From: Longimicrobium sp.
Lineage (GTDB): Bacteria; Gemmatimonadota; Gemmatimonadetes; Longimicrobiales; Longimicrobiaceae
Assembly: GCA_036389135.1 (NCBI GenBank)
Contig: DASVQP010000048.1
Coordinates: 58,399 to 122,398, forward strand
Direction of reading: 5' to 3'
DNA: 64,000 nt
Each line of letters starts with the position of its first letter. Position 1 is the stretch's first letter. Below the pieces are notes generated by a model that was not told the DNA's origin, did no database searches, and worked only from the letters and a program-made list of their open reading frames with translations. Positions 54,228 to 64,000 of this stretch are shown here, in pieces. The translations under genes were made by a program, and so were the position numbers.

Positions 54228-55394
54228 TTGCCGTCTGGCCCGTCCGCGCCGCGTGCGCTGTACGTCCACGTCCCGTTCTGCGTGCGCCGCTGCTCGTACT
54301 GCGACTTCGCCGTGCAGGCCACGCGCGAGGCGCCCACGGCCGAGTGGCTCGACGCCGTCGTGGGCGAGATGCGCCTGCTGGCGGACGAGCGCGGGTGGAC
54401 GGAGCCGCTCGCGCTGGACACGGTCTACGTCGGCGGCGGCACCCCGTCGCTCCTCGCGCCCGCAGCGATGGCGGAGCTGCGCGAGCGGCTGGCGCCCTTT
54501 GCCACCTGGAGCGACGCGGCGGAGTGGACGTGCGAGGCGAACCCGGAGAGCTTCACCGCGGCCACCGCCGCCGACTGGCGCGCCTCCGGCGTCAACCGCA
54601 TCTCGCTGGGCGCGCAGACCTTTCACGAGCCCGCGCTGCGCTGGATGGGGCGGATGCACGGCGTGGAAGGCCCGCGGCGAGCGATGGACGCCGCGCGCGA
54701 GGCGGGCTTCGGCAACGTGAGCGTGGACCTGATCTTCGGCCTTCCGCAGCGCCTCGGCCGCGACTGGGGCGCCGACCTGCACCACGCCCTCACGCTGGAG
54801 CCGGAGCACGTCTCCCTCTACGGCCTCACCGCCGAGGCCGCCGCGCCGCTCGGCCGCTGGGTCCTGGAAGGCCGCGAGACGCTCGCCGACGACGACCGCT
54901 ACGCGGACGAGTACCTCCTGGCGCACCGCCACCTGACCGCGGCCGGCTTCCGCCACTACGAGGTCTCCAACTTCGGCCTCCCGGGCCGGGAGTCGCGCCA
55001 CAACGGCGTCTACTGGACGGGCGCGCCCTACGCCGCCCTCGGGCCCGGCGCGCACGCCTTCTACCCGCCGCTGCGCCGCTGGAACGTGCGAAGCTGGGAC
55101 ACCTATCGCGACTCCATCGCCGCCGGCCGCCTCCCGGTCGACGACGAGGAGACGGTGGATGACGAAACGCGCGCGCTGGAAGGAGCGTGGCTCGGTCTTC
55201 GCACGGACACCGGCTACCCGCTGGCCGACGCCTGCGACGCCGAGCTCCGCCTTGCGGATGCGTGGCGCGCGCGGGGGCTGGCGCACGCGGATGAAGCCGT
55301 GTTGCGGCTGACGGCGGAGGGGTGGCTGCTGCTGGACCGGCTGGCCGTGGAGCTGGCCGAAGCGGCGGAGGGGAGGGCGGTGTTGGCGGGATGA
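54228..55394 (+). CDS. hemW: radical SAM heme chaperone HemW-like (oxygen-independent coproporphyrinogen oxidase family)
   Basis: LYVHVPFCVRRCSYCDF (CxxxCxxC) and a HemN C-terminal domain. TTG start. Confidence 0.85.
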   Translation: MPSGPSAPRALYVHVPFCVRRCSYCDFAVQATREAPTAEWLDAVVGEMRLLADERGWTEPLALDTVYVGGGTPSLLAPAAMAELRERLAPFATWSDAAEWTCEANPESFTAATAADWRASGVNRISLGAQTFHEPALRWMGRMHGVEGPRRAMDAAREAGFGNVSVDLIFGLPQRLGRDWGADLHHALTLEPEHVSLYGLTAEAAAPLGRWVLEGRETLADDDRYADEYLLAHRHLTAAGFRHYEVSNFGLPGRESRHNGVYWTGAPYAALGPGAHAFYPPLRRWNVRSWDTYRDSIAAGRLPVDDEETVDDETRALEGAWLGLRTDTGYPLADACDAELRLADAWRARGLAHADEAVLRLTAEGWLLLDRLAVELAEAAEGRAVLAG

Positions 55395-55786
55395 ACGCGG
55401 GCGTCGAGGAAGGGCAAACGTGGGCGGACACGCAGGTCCGCCCCTACGAGCTGTCGTGTCGAAGGCGGCGGTCGGCGCGGGGGGGAGGGCGGGCGCGAAG
55501 GGCGGGTGTCAGAGCGTGGGCGGGCACGGGCAGCCACGCGGGGCGGCCCCTACGGGATTTGTGTGCGGAGGGCGAGGATCGAGGTGGGGGCAAGGGCGGG
55601 CGCGATGAATCGCGCCCCTACCGATCTGTGGAGCCCGGACCGCAGTTCTCCCCCTCGCCCGCCCTGCGCCCCCGCAGGCGGGGGAGGGGGCCGGGGGGAG
55701 GGGGCCATCCCGCCCAGCATTGCGCTCCCCTCCGCCAACCGCGAAATTCAACGGGTTTTCCAGCGTTTTCCACGGGCCACGGACCC
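55395..55786. repeat. REP-rich intergenic region
   Basis: GGGCGGAC-N6-GTCCGCCC + CTAC at 55420-55448. GCGCGATGAATCGCGC + CCCTAC at 55598-55622. Several further G/C hairpins. Confidence 0.75.
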
Positions 55787-56836
55787 ATGACCGAGCAGCC
55801 GCTCAGCGAGCGCGAGCACGAGGTACTGGAGGCGGTCATCCGCACGTACGTGGAGACCGCCGAGCCCGCCGGGAGCCGCATGGTGGCCCGGCGCTTCGGG
55901 CTGGGGATCTCCCCGGCCACGGTGCGCAACACCATGAGCGACCTGGAGGAGAAGGGCTACCTCTTCCACCCGCACACCTCCGCCGGCCGCGTCCCCACCG
56001 ACCTGGCCTACCGGCTGTACGTGGACGTCCTCATGTGCCGTACCCCCCTCACCTCCGGCGAGGAGCTCGCCATCCGGCGCGAGCTGGCGGCCGGGGCGGG
56101 GGAGGGCGCGGCCATCGAGCAGCTCGTGCGCAGGGCGGCGCAGGTGGTAGGGCTGCTCACGCAGGAGCTGGGGGTGGCGATGGCGCCGCGGCTGGACGAG
56201 GCCGTGCTGGAGCGGCTCGACCTGGTGCCGCTCGGCGAGGCCAAGGTGCTCCTGGTGCTGCGCCTGCGCGCAGCGGGGGTGCGCACCATCTACGTGGACG
56301 TGCCCACCCTCATCGCCCCCACCACGCTGGAGTCGGTTGGGCGGGTGCTGAACGAGCGGCTGGGCGGCCTCACGCTGGGGCAGATCCGCGCCACCCTCCC
56401 CGAGCGGCTGCGCGACACCGTGTCCACCGGCCGCGGCGAAGCGGAGCTGCTCAACGTCTTCATGCAGCAGGCCGACGAGTGGTTCGCGGCGCCCGCGCAC
56501 GGCGACGCGGATCTGCACCTGGGTCGCGCTTCGGTGCTGGCGGACCAGCCGGAGTTCGCCAGCGGCGACCGGCTGCGCGCCCTCATGGAGCTCACCGAGC
56601 GGCGCGACCTCCTCAAGCGGGTGGTGGGGACTCGCGCGGCCGGCGGCCTCAACGTCACCATCGGCGTGGAGCACGACGACCCGGCGCTCTCCAACTTCAC
56701 CCTGGTGACTTCCGAGTACCGCTCCGGCGACCTCAAGGGCGTCATCGGGGTGATCGGGCCCACCCGGATGCCGTACGAGCGCGTTGTGGCGCTGGTGGAC
56801 ACCACTTCGACGCTGATTTCGGAACTTCTCGGCTGA
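55787..56836 (+). CDS. hrcA: heat-inducible transcription repressor HrcA
   Basis: LSEREHEVLEAVIRTYVETAEPAGSR and ISPATVRNTMSDLEEKGYL. Confidence 0.9.
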   Translation: MTEQPLSEREHEVLEAVIRTYVETAEPAGSRMVARRFGLGISPATVRNTMSDLEEKGYLFHPHTSAGRVPTDLAYRLYVDVLMCRTPLTSGEELAIRRELAAGAGEGAAIEQLVRRAAQVVGLLTQELGVAMAPRLDEAVLERLDLVPLGEAKVLLVLRLRAAGVRTIYVDVPTLIAPTTLESVGRVLNERLGGLTLGQIRATLPERLRDTVSTGRGEAELLNVFMQQADEWFAAPAHGDADLHLGRASVLADQPEFASGDRLRALMELTERRDLLKRVVGTRAAGGLNVTIGVEHDDPALSNFTLVTSEYRSGDLKGVIGVIGPTRMPYERVVALVDTTSTLISELLG

Positions 56837-56860
56837 CAAAGCCGCTGCGCAGATAATGGG

Positions 56861-58015
56861 ATGAGAGACTACTACGAGATTCTTGCGGTGGAGCGTACCG
56901 CGGATGGCGAAGCGATCAAGAAGGCGTACCGCAAGCTCGCCCTCCAGTACCACCCCGACCGCAACGGCGGGGACAAGGAGGCCGAGGAGAAGTTCAAGGA
57001 GGCCACCGAGGCGTACGAGGTGCTCCGCGACGCCGACAAGCGCGCCGCCTACGACCGCTTCGGCCACGCGGGCGTCAAGGGTCGCGCGGGTGGCGGCGGG
57101 GGGCAGCAGTACGGCGGCTTCGGCTTCGAGGACGCGCTCAACATCTTCATGCGTGACTTCGGCGGCTTCGGGGGGCTGGAGGACCTGTTCGGCGGCGGTG
57201 CGGGGCGCGGGCGCGGCGGGGCACAGCGCGGCAAGGACCTGCAGATCAAGCTGACCGTGTCCCTGCCCGAGGTGGCGTCGGGGGTCAAGAAGACGGTCAA
57301 GATCCGCGCGCTCGACGCCTGCTCCAAGTGCACCGGCGCGGGCTCCGAAGACCCGTCCGGCCCCGCCACCTGCCCCGGATGCCAGGGGGCGGGGCAGGTG
57401 CGCCGGGTGCAGCGCAGCGTCTTCGGCCAGTTCGTCAGCGCCAGCGTCTGCCCGCAGTGCCAGGGCGCGGGGCAGATCATCAAGAACCCGTGCAAGAAGT
57501 GCGGGGGCGACGGCCGCGAGCGCGGCGAGCAGACGCTGGAGATCCAGATTCCGGCCGGCGTCAGCACCAATAACTACCTGACGCTCCGCGGGCAGGGGAA
57601 CGCGGGCCCGCGCAACGGTCCGCGCGGCGACGTGATCGCGGTGATCGAGGTGGAGGAAGATCCACGCTTCGAGCGCGAGGACACCGATCTCGTCTTCGAC
57701 CTCCCGCTCTCCTTCAGCGCCGCGGCGCTGGGGCAGGAGGTGGACGTCCCCACGGTGTACGGCGACGAGCGCGTGCGCATCCCCGCCGGCACGCAGAGCG
57801 GCGACGTGCTCACGCTGCGCGGCAAGGGCCTCCCGCAGCTCGGCGGCGGCCCCAAGGGCGACCAGCACGTCCGCATCCACGTATGGACGCCCACCGAGCT
57901 TTCCGCCGAGCAGGAGGAGCTCTTCCGCCGCCTCGCCGAGCTGGAGGGCCCCGTGCCGACCGGCGACCGGCCGAGCGGTTTCTGGAGCCGGGTCAAGGAC
58001 GTGTTCGCCGCGTGA
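56861..58015 (+). CDS. dnaJ: molecular chaperone DnaJ
   Basis: J domain with the HPD motif (YHPDRN), a G/F region, and four CxxCxGxG zinc motifs. Confidence 0.95.
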   Translation: MRDYYEILAVERTADGEAIKKAYRKLALQYHPDRNGGDKEAEEKFKEATEAYEVLRDADKRAAYDRFGHAGVKGRAGGGGGQQYGGFGFEDALNIFMRDFGGFGGLEDLFGGGAGRGRGGAQRGKDLQIKLTVSLPEVASGVKKTVKIRALDACSKCTGAGSEDPSGPATCPGCQGAGQVRRVQRSVFGQFVSASVCPQCQGAGQIIKNPCKKCGGDGRERGEQTLEIQIPAGVSTNNYLTLRGQGNAGPRNGPRGDVIAVIEVEEDPRFEREDTDLVFDLPLSFSAAALGQEVDVPTVYGDERVRIPAGTQSGDVLTLRGKGLPQLGGGPKGDQHVRIHVWTPTELSAEQEELFRRLAELEGPVPTGDRPSGFWSRVKDVFAA

Positions 58016-58917
58016 GCGCTCCCGACCGCTGGCTCGTGCTGTTGGTGCGGCTGGACGATCCCGATCTGCGCGCGTTGGCCGGCGAGGCACTCGTCGGGCT
58101 CGGCGCCGGTGCGGTGCAGGAGACGGCCGACGCGCTGGTCACCTACCTCGCGCCGCCGGAAGACCCGGACGCGTTCGTGGAAGAGGCGCGCGCGGCCATC
58201 GCGGACGCGCTGCCGGAAGGCGCGGCGCCCGAGCTGTCGTGGCACTGGCAGGACAACGAAGACTGGGCCCGCACCTGGAAGCAGGGGCTGGCCCCGCGCG
58301 TCCTTTCGCCGCGCCTGGTGGTGAAGCCGACCTGGACGGAGTGGGACGCCGCCCCCGGCCAGATCGTGCTCGACGTGGATCCGCAGATGGCGTTCGGCAC
58401 CGGGGAGCACGCTACCACGCGCGGCTGCCTCCGCCTCCTCGACCGCGTCGTGCGCGAGGGCGACCGGGTGCTGGACGTGGGCTCCGGCTCCGCGATCCTC
58501 GCCATCGCGGCGGTGCGGCTGGGCGCGGCGGAGGCGGTGGCGGTGGAGTACGATCCCGACGCCAACATCAACGCGCTGGAGAACATCGAGCAGAACGGCA
58601 CCGTCGGCCGCGTTCGCATCGTGGAGGCGCTCGCCGAGCCGGGGATGATGGCGGAACTGGGGCGCTTCGACCTGGTGCTCGCCAACATCCTGAGCGGCGT
58701 CATCCGCCCGCTCCTCCCCGCCTTCCGCGACGCGCTGGGCGGCTCGCCGGACGGGCGGCTGATCGTGAGCGGCATCCTCCTAAGCGAGCACGCCGACGTC
58801 CTGCGCGACGCCGAGGCCGCCGGCTTCCGCATGCAGACCACCGACGAGGAGGACGAGTGGTGGAGCGCCCTGTTGGTGCCGGTTGCCGGCTTCCATCCAC
58901 CCGCGAGAGCCCAATGA
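58012..58917 (+). CDS. prmA: ribosomal protein L11 methyltransferase
   Basis: GTG overlaps the dnaJ stop. [13 protein letters not shown] and [15 protein letters not shown] motifs. Confidence 0.85.
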   Translation: MSAPDRWLVLLVRLDDPDLRALAGEALVGLGAGAVQETADALVTYLAPPEDPDAFVEEARAAIADALPEGAAPELSWHWQDNEDWARTWKQGLAPRVLSPRLVVKPTWTEWDAAPGQIVLDVDPQMAFGTGEHATTRGCLRLLDRVVREGDRVLDVGSGSAILAIAAVRLGAAEAVAVEYDPDANINALENIEQNGTVGRVRIVEALAEPGMMAELGRFDLVLANILSGVIRPLLPAFRDALGGSPDGRLIVSGILLSEHADVLRDAEAAGFRMQTTDEEDEWWSALLVPVAGFHPPARAQ

Positions 58918-59261
58918 ACGACTGCATCTTCTGCAAGATCGCCGCGGGTGAGATCCCGTCGAATCTCGTGTACCAGGACGAGCACGTCGTCGCCTTCCCG
59001 GACATCCACCCGGCGGCCCCCGTGCACGTGCTGGTGGTCCCTCGCAAGCACGTCCAATCCGTCGCCCACCTCGGTGACGGAGATCTGGAGCTCGCCGGCC
59101 GCCTCCTGCTCGCCGCGCGCACGGTCGCGCAGCAGGCGGGCGTAGCGGAAGCCGGCTACCGCGTCATCATCAACATCGGCGACGAGGGCGGCCAGACGGT
59201 GCCGCACCTGCACCTCCACGTCATCGGCGGCCGCCAGCTCACCGGCCACGGCACGGCCTGA
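58914..59261 (+). CDS. HIT-family protein (HinT-like)
   Basis: The ATG overlaps the prmA stop as ATGA. CIFCKI and the histidine triad HLHLHVIGG. Confidence 0.9.
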   Translation: MNDCIFCKIAAGEIPSNLVYQDEHVVAFPDIHPAAPVHVLVVPRKHVQSVAHLGDGDLELAGRLLLAARTVAQQAGVAEAGYRVIINIGDEGGQTVPHLHLHVIGGRQLTGHGTA

Positions 59262-59343
59262 CCCGCCCCCGAATCTCCGTAGGGGCGTGATTCATCACGC
59301 CCTCAGCCGCGGAAGCACCTGGGCGGGGACGAGAACACGACAA

Positions 59344-59374
59344 AAGAGGCACAGAGATTTCTCTGTGCCTCTTC
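59344..59374. terminator. stem-loop between convergent genes
   Basis: AAGAGGCACAGAG-ATTT-CTCTGTGCCTCTT, a short relative of the CACAGAG arms. Confidence 0.7.
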
Positions 59375-59410
59375 ACTTGGCTATCGCCCGCCTGTGTGCT
59401 GGGGAGCGGC

Positions 59411-59941
59411 TCAGGCAGCTTCGCGGATGGGCAGGATGAGCTGCTCGCGGCTGTGAGCTTCCGGCGCGATGTCAGGGTCGAGGCGCGCGATCTGGCCGGC
59501 GGCGAAGGCGCGGAGCAAGACGCCCAGCGCGCGCTCGGGGGTATACTCCGGCACCCCCACGCGCTCGATCTCGGCCGCGCTGGTCCAGTCCAGCTTCCAC
59601 CCCTCCAGCATGCTCAGGAACCCGTCGAGCGCGCGCGACGGCGTGGGGGTGGCCGCCGGCCGGATCTGCGGCTCCCGCCAGATGCGGCTCCCCGGGCGAG
59701 CCCGCGTCGCGGGCGGCACGAAGACGCGGCGCAGCGCACGCTGGCTCCCCAGCTTCCGCTCGATCCGGCAGAGCGCCGCGTACTTCAGCCGCCGCGCCTC
59801 GATGGTCTGCGGCGCCTCCAGCTCGCGCTGCAGCTGCTCGGCCGCTCGGGCGAGCTGCTCGGGAGTGAGCGCGGAGAAGTCGCGGATCGTCTCCGGCGCG
59901 TCCAGGTTGGGTGCGGCGCTGCGCATGCGGGGACGGCCCAT
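59411..59941 (-). CDS. hypothetical protein (176 aa)
   Basis: ORF with reasonable composition from MGRPRMRSAAPNLD. No motif recognised. Confidence 0.5.
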   Translation of the reverse strand: MGRPRMRSAAPNLDAPETIRDFSALTPEQLARAAEQLQRELEAPQTIEARRLKYAALCRIERKLGSQRALRRVFVPPATRARPGSRIWREPQIRPAATPTPSRALDGFLSMLEGWKLDWTSAAEIERVGVPEYTPERALGVLLRAFAAGQIARLDPDIAPEAHSREQLILPIREAA

Positions 59942-60112
59942 GGTCACCTGACTGGTCAGCGTGTGGCGGACCCGAGCCTCTGAGTCGCTCGGCGGGACAC
60001 GGCGATGGGGCAGGGCGTGTGCCGTTGAGGGTTTGTAAGCTGTATCCATACAACGGAAAAGCGGCCCCGAGCGAAGCCGTTTTCTGCCGGACCCTGGGCG
60101 TGCGTCTGCGGC

Positions 60113-60952
60113 CTAGTGCTGGATCGTGGTGACCCGCCCATTCTCGAAGTAGACGTAGGTGCCGCGGCCGTACACCCACTGCTCCCGGCGGCCGTAGCGC
60201 GTGATGGTGGTGTGCACGTCCGCGGGCTCGCCCCACGATTCGAGTACGAGGCGCTCCGACCAGCCGATCCGGATGGTGCCGGCCATGAGGTCGCGCAGCA
60301 GCGTGCCGGTGTAGCCGCGCGCCCGTAGATACTGCTCCCGCTCGCGCCGCCGGGCAGCCTCCGCCGCCTCCAGATTCCGGGCGTAGTTGGCGCGGGCCTC
60401 CTGCGCCGCTCGCGCCGCCGCGGCCTCCTTCGCCCGGCGCAGCGCAGCGATGCTGTCGGCGGGAGCCAGCACCCGCTCTGGTTCGTGCCACGTGTATCGG
60501 ACGAGCGAGCCATCCGCCCTGACGCCCCGCAGGTCGGAATAGCTGGATTCAACGAAATGAGGGACGTACAGGAGGTAGCGCTGATCGGATTTCAGCAGGA
60601 CCGAGTGAAGACGCCCGTCCGTTTCGCGGCAGCGCATCCCGACGACGTCGAAGTGCGTTGCATCGCGCCCGGCCGGGCGGCGGATCTCGATCCGATGGTG
60701 CGAACCCGGCGCCCGGCCGGCGACGAAGGCGTAGAACTTCGCGCCTGGTTCAGCGTCTCCGTCGAGCCGTACGGTTGACGGCAGGGTGACGCCGGCTCCG
60801 CACGCCACTACTCCGTTGAAGTCGAACGCCGGCGGGCTCTGCAGGGGCAAAAAAGGCGCGAGTACTCCCGCCCAGCCGCCGCCTCCGCTCTGGCCGAGGA
60901 GCGGCGATGCGCAGGCGAGAGCGGCAGCGCACAGGACCAAGACAGAACGCAT
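60113..60952 (-). CDS. secreted hypothetical protein (279 aa)
   Basis: Signal peptide MRSVLVLCAAALACASPLLGQ, a charged coiled segment, and the compact C-terminal domain ending YVYFENGRVTTIQH. Confidence 0.65.
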   Translation of the reverse strand: MRSVLVLCAAALACASPLLGQSGGGGWAGVLAPFLPLQSPPAFDFNGVVACGAGVTLPSTVRLDGDAEPGAKFYAFVAGRAPGSHHRIEIRRPAGRDATHFDVVGMRCRETDGRLHSVLLKSDQRYLLYVPHFVESSYSDLRGVRADGSLVRYTWHEPERVLAPADSIAALRRAKEAAAARAAQEARANYARNLEAAEAARRREREQYLRARGYTGTLLRDLMAGTIRIGWSERLVLESWGEPADVHTTITRYGRREQWVYGRGTYVYFENGRVTTIQH

Positions 60953-60980
60953 CTTCTCTCCCGACGACGTGGTGGATGAG

Positions 60981-61472
60981 CTACGGCCCGCCCGCCCCGC
61001 ATTGCCTGATCGGCGCGTCCGCCGCGGAGGGCGGGGGAGCGGTGCGGGGGGCGAGCGCGAAGGCGGCGACGGGGAAGGTGGTCCGATTCCGGGGAAGGCG
61101 ACGCGGGGTCAGCGTGCAGCCGCGCACCCGTCCGTCGGCTTCGATGGGGCCGGCGAGCTGGACGTTCAGACCGAAGTTGCTCCGCGCGCCGTGGCTCCAC
61201 ACCAGACGGTCGCCCTCCAGCCTCCCAAAGATTACCTGCGGTCCATCATCCGTGTAGAACGTCCAGGCGGTGTCGGTGCCCGCGGCGGTCCGCCGCCATT
61301 CGGTGGCAAAGGAAACCGTGACGGTGTCGTGACGCTCCTCACCCAGCCAGATCACGACGCCATGGTAGCCGCCGCCCAGCCCGGGACCGGCACGCGGGGC
61401 AGGCGCCGGCGTGGCGCACCCGGCGACGAGGAGGCACGCGGCCGCGCGGCGAAGCGCCCGCGAGTGCCGCAT
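60981..61472 (-). CDS. hypothetical lipoprotein
   Basis: Lipobox in MRHSRALRRAAACLLVAGC. Confidence 0.55.
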   Translation of the reverse strand: MRHSRALRRAAACLLVAGCATPAPAPRAGPGLGGGYHGVVIWLGEERHDTVTVSFATEWRRTAAGTDTAWTFYTDDGPQVIFGRLEGDRLVWSHGARSNFGLNVQLAGPIEADGRVRGCTLTPRRLPRNRTTFPVAAFALAPRTAPPPSAADAPIRQCGAGGP

Positions 61473-61529
61473 CGCGAGGACGCACGAGATCATGGACATG
61501 CTTCCGGAATGCACGGATGCGTAGTGCCG

Positions 61530-62228
61530 CTACTTCGAATCGGCCTGCATGTAGACCTCTTCGTACGGCTGCAGCACCACCCAGCCGTTCCCCTCGAAGC
61601 GAAGTTGGATCGACTCGCCGCTGCCGCGCCCGATCAGCGTCTTGAAGGAGATGTCGGTGTGGATCCCCGGGGCCAGGTCGCCGGACCAGGCGACCGTGGC
61701 GTTGGGGTCGGTGAAGACGGGCTGGCCGGGCGTCACGCGCAGGGTGATCGGGACGTAATGCGTCGTGATCGCCACCATCCCCGGCCCGCTGACGCGAATG
61801 TTGAAGAGCCCGCCGGAGGCCATCCCCGCCACGCGCCGCATCATCTTGATCTCGTAGCTCATCCCGTCTTCCAGCGCCAGCAGGTCGTTGCCGTTCACGA
61901 AGATGGTCTCGCCCGCGGCGAGGTTCAGCACCTGGATGCGCTTGCCGGCCTCGGCCAGGTACACGCGGCCGCGGCCTTCCATCTTCATGAGCGTGGTGCC
62001 CTCGCCGGTCACCATCTTCTTGAGCAGGTTGCCCAGCCCCTGCTCCAGCGCCCCCTGCCGGGTGAACTTGACGGCGCCCACGTAGCCGATCATCGCGCCC
62101 ATCTTGCACCACACGCGCCCGTCGAGGTTCACCTCCAGGGTGTACGGGTTTTCCATCTCGAACTTGCCGCGCGCCTCCTCCTTCTGGCTGGTGGCGGCGA
62201 CGAACTCCTGTACGGTCTGGACGGCCAT
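61530..62228 (-). CDS. AIM24-family (DUF124) protein
   Basis: Family-typical length and motifs (GEGTTLMKMEGRGRVYLA, GGLFNIRVSGPG, WVVLQPYE). Confidence 0.7.
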   Translation of the reverse strand: MAVQTVQEFVAATSQKEEARGKFEMENPYTLEVNLDGRVWCKMGAMIGYVGAVKFTRQGALEQGLGNLLKKMVTGEGTTLMKMEGRGRVYLAEAGKRIQVLNLAAGETIFVNGNDLLALEDGMSYEIKMMRRVAGMASGGLFNIRVSGPGMVAITTHYVPITLRVTPGQPVFTDPNATVAWSGDLAPGIHTDISFKTLIGRGSGESIQLRFEGNGWVVLQPYEEVYMQADSK

Positions 62229-62304
62229 GGGCCTCTCCTGGCGTGTGGTGGGGTCGATCGGTGGGGCAGGGGTGCTCGGCAGCGCGGCGGGGAGCCGCGC
62301 GCGG

Positions 62305-62502
62305 TCAGCCGTCGCCGCGCTCGCGCTCCGCGGGCACGGCCATGCTCTCGGGCGACATGGCGGCGCGCAGCTCGCGCATGGCGGCCGCGGCGCTCCCGCC
62401 CGAGCGGGCCGCGCGCCCGGCCAGCACGCGCAGGATGTCGTCCCAGTCCGTGTTGTCGGGAAGGCTCTGGATCAGCCGCAGGGCTTCGCTCTTGGCATTC
62501 AT
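62305..62502 (-). CDS. small hypothetical protein (65 aa)
   Basis: ATG at 62500-62502, MNAKSEALRLIQSLPDNTDWDDILRVL. The upstream part of the track ORF is junk. Confidence 0.45.
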   Translation of the reverse strand: MNAKSEALRLIQSLPDNTDWDDILRVLAGRAARSGGSAAAAMRELRAAMSPESMAVPAERERGDG

Positions 62503-62653
62503 ACGGGCTGCGTGGGGAGGGGGTGTTTTCCGAAAATAACCCGAAGATACCGGCTCTTCGTGTCCCGCACAAGCGTGTCGTGGTGCGTGCCCAAGGAAGC
62601 GGCCCCCGGCACCGAAGCGCCGGGGGCCGCATCGCAAGAGCGGTTCCCGCGGG

Positions 62654-64000
62654 CTAGACCCCGGCGGGCTCGCCCAGCGGCTCGTACGCCGTGATGTACC
62701 CCGCCATCGCGGACGCCGCCACGGTGTAGGGCGAGGCGAGGTAGAGCTGCCCCGGCCCCGAGCGTCCCGGGAAGTTGCGGTTGATGGCGCTCACCGTCAC
62801 GTCCGTCGGCTTGCGGCTGACGCCCGGGCCCGCGTTGATGCAGGCGCCACACGAGGGCTCGATGAAGGTGGCCCCCACGGCTTCGAAGACGCGGTCGTAC
62901 CCCTGCTCCTGGCAGTACGCGTACACCTCCTGCGAGCCGCACTGGATGTAGAGCTGCACGTGCTCCGGCTTGCGCTCGCCGCGCTCGTGCGCCTCGCGGA
63001 GGACGCGGGCGTACATGTCCATGTCCTCCTTCTTCCCGGCCGTGCAGCTCCCCGCGTACGCGATGTCGATCCGCACCGTCTCCTCCATCTCCTCCACGTA
63101 CATCCCGTTCCCCGGGTCGCCGGGCAGCGCGATCATGGGGCGGAGCTGCGACGCGTCGATCTCGATGGTCTTCACGTACTCGGCGCCCTCGTCCGAGAAG
63201 AGCCCCTCGCAGAGCGCCTCGGCCTCGGCGCGCTCCATCCCGCGCTGCTGCACCAGGTACTCCACCGTCTTGGCGTCCGGCGCCACGAGGCCCGTGAACG
63301 CCCCCACCTCCGCCGCCATGTTGGTCATGGTGGCGCGCTCGTCCACCGAGAGCGACTCCACGGCCGGCCCGGCGTACTCGATGATCTGCCCGATCGCGTG
63401 CCCGTCCTTGATGTACGGGTGGCGCAGGATCTCCAGCATGAAGTCCTTGGCCGTCACGTTCTCCGGCTTCTCGCCCGTGACGACTACGCGGAACGACTTG
63501 GGCACCTCGACGCGCACGTCCTTGGTGATCCACGAGTTGAAGATCGCCGTCGTCCCCACGCCGAAGGCCACGCACCCCACGGCCCCCGCGTGCGGCGTGT
63601 GGCTGTCCGAGCCGATGATGACGTGGCCGGGGAGCGCATACGCCTCAAGGATCTTGCTGTGGCAGATCGCCTCGGAGCCGTGCTTGCCGTGCCCCAGCTC
63701 GCCGTACAGCCGCACCCCCTGCTTCTCCGCGAACTCGCGCTGCTTTACCTCCAGCTGGTTCGCCACGTCCAGCAGCCCGAGCTGCACGCGCTCCGGCGAC
63801 ATGGCGTCCTTGAGGAAGGTCAGGTGGTCGCGGAAGAAGAGGATCGACTCCGGCTCCAGCACCCGCTCGTCCGGGCCCACCAGCTGCTCGAAGAAGATGG
63901 CGGACATCGGCGTCACGTACTCGTGGCTGAAGCGGATGTCCGTCTGCACGAAGCCGGAATCGCCCGGCTGCACCCACTCCACGCCGATCTCGCCGCGCGC
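62654..64000 (-). CDS. aconitase-family (dehydratase large-subunit type) protein, N-terminus beyond the right edge
   Basis: GSDSHTPHAG, MTNMAAE and the Fe-S ligand regions AGSCTAG and CGACIN. The frame is still open at base 64000. Confidence 0.85.
   Translation of the reverse strand, partial: ARGEIGVEWVQPGDSGFVQTDIRFSHEYVTPMSAIFFEQLVGPDERVLEPESILFFRDHLTFLKDAMSPERVQLGLLDVANQLEVKQREFAEKQGVRLYGELGHGKHGSEAICHSKILEAYALPGHVIIGSDSHTPHAGAVGCVAFGVGTTAIFNSWITKDVRVEVPKSFRVVVTGEKPENVTAKDFMLEILRHPYIKDGHAIGQIIEYAGPAVESLSVDERATMTNMAAEVGAFTGLVAPDAKTVEYLVQQRGMERAEAEALCEGLFSDEGAEYVKTIEIDASQLRPMIALPGDPGNGMYVEEMEETVRIDIAYAGSCTAGKKEDMDMYARVLREAHERGERKPEHVQLYIQCGSQEVYAYCQEQGYDRVFEAVGATFIEPSCGACINAGPGVSRKPTDVTVSAINRNFPGRSGPGQLYLASPYTVAASAMAGYITAYEPLGEPAGV

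Overview
This is a high-GC bacterial chromosomal window, roughly two-thirds G+C by eye. The protein style suggests a Gemmatimonadota-like soil organism, but I cannot verify that. About 60 protein-coding genes are supportable. I found no rRNA gene, no complete tRNA gene and no CRISPR array. From about 20 kb to 64 kb the content is mostly housekeeping: HIT proteins, lgt, a CDF and a CPA2 transporter, trxB, ctaA/ctaB, mazG, alr, tmk, an S41 peptidase, obg, dprA, hemW, hrcA-dnaJ-prmA, two sensor kinases and an aconitase-family gene that runs off the right edge. The left 20 kb is accessory. It holds (i) a minus-strand run of four very large ORFs (698 aa, 784 aa, 1989 aa and more than 275 aa) with no motif I recognise and mosaic base composition. 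It also holds (ii) a possible tRNA 3'-end remnant, and (iii) a 4.6-kb cassette bracketed by about 400-bp direct repeats. The cassette contains a translationally coupled PqqD-family/HprK-like kinase pair, an RCC1/Big_2 lipoprotein, and a 55-codon ORF below the ORF-track cutoff. That small ORF's N-terminal half matches every fixed position of the lasso-peptide leader motif YxxPxLx3Gx5Tx, yet no lasso cyclase or leader peptidase is present in the window. Intergenic DNA carries several families of short palindromic or word-repeat elements, which often sit exactly at gene 3' ends. Many long ORFs in the supplied track are antisense or out-of-frame artefacts of the high GC content, and I rejected them. 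All functional calls rest on motifs read by eye. No database search was run, and start codons are best guesses.
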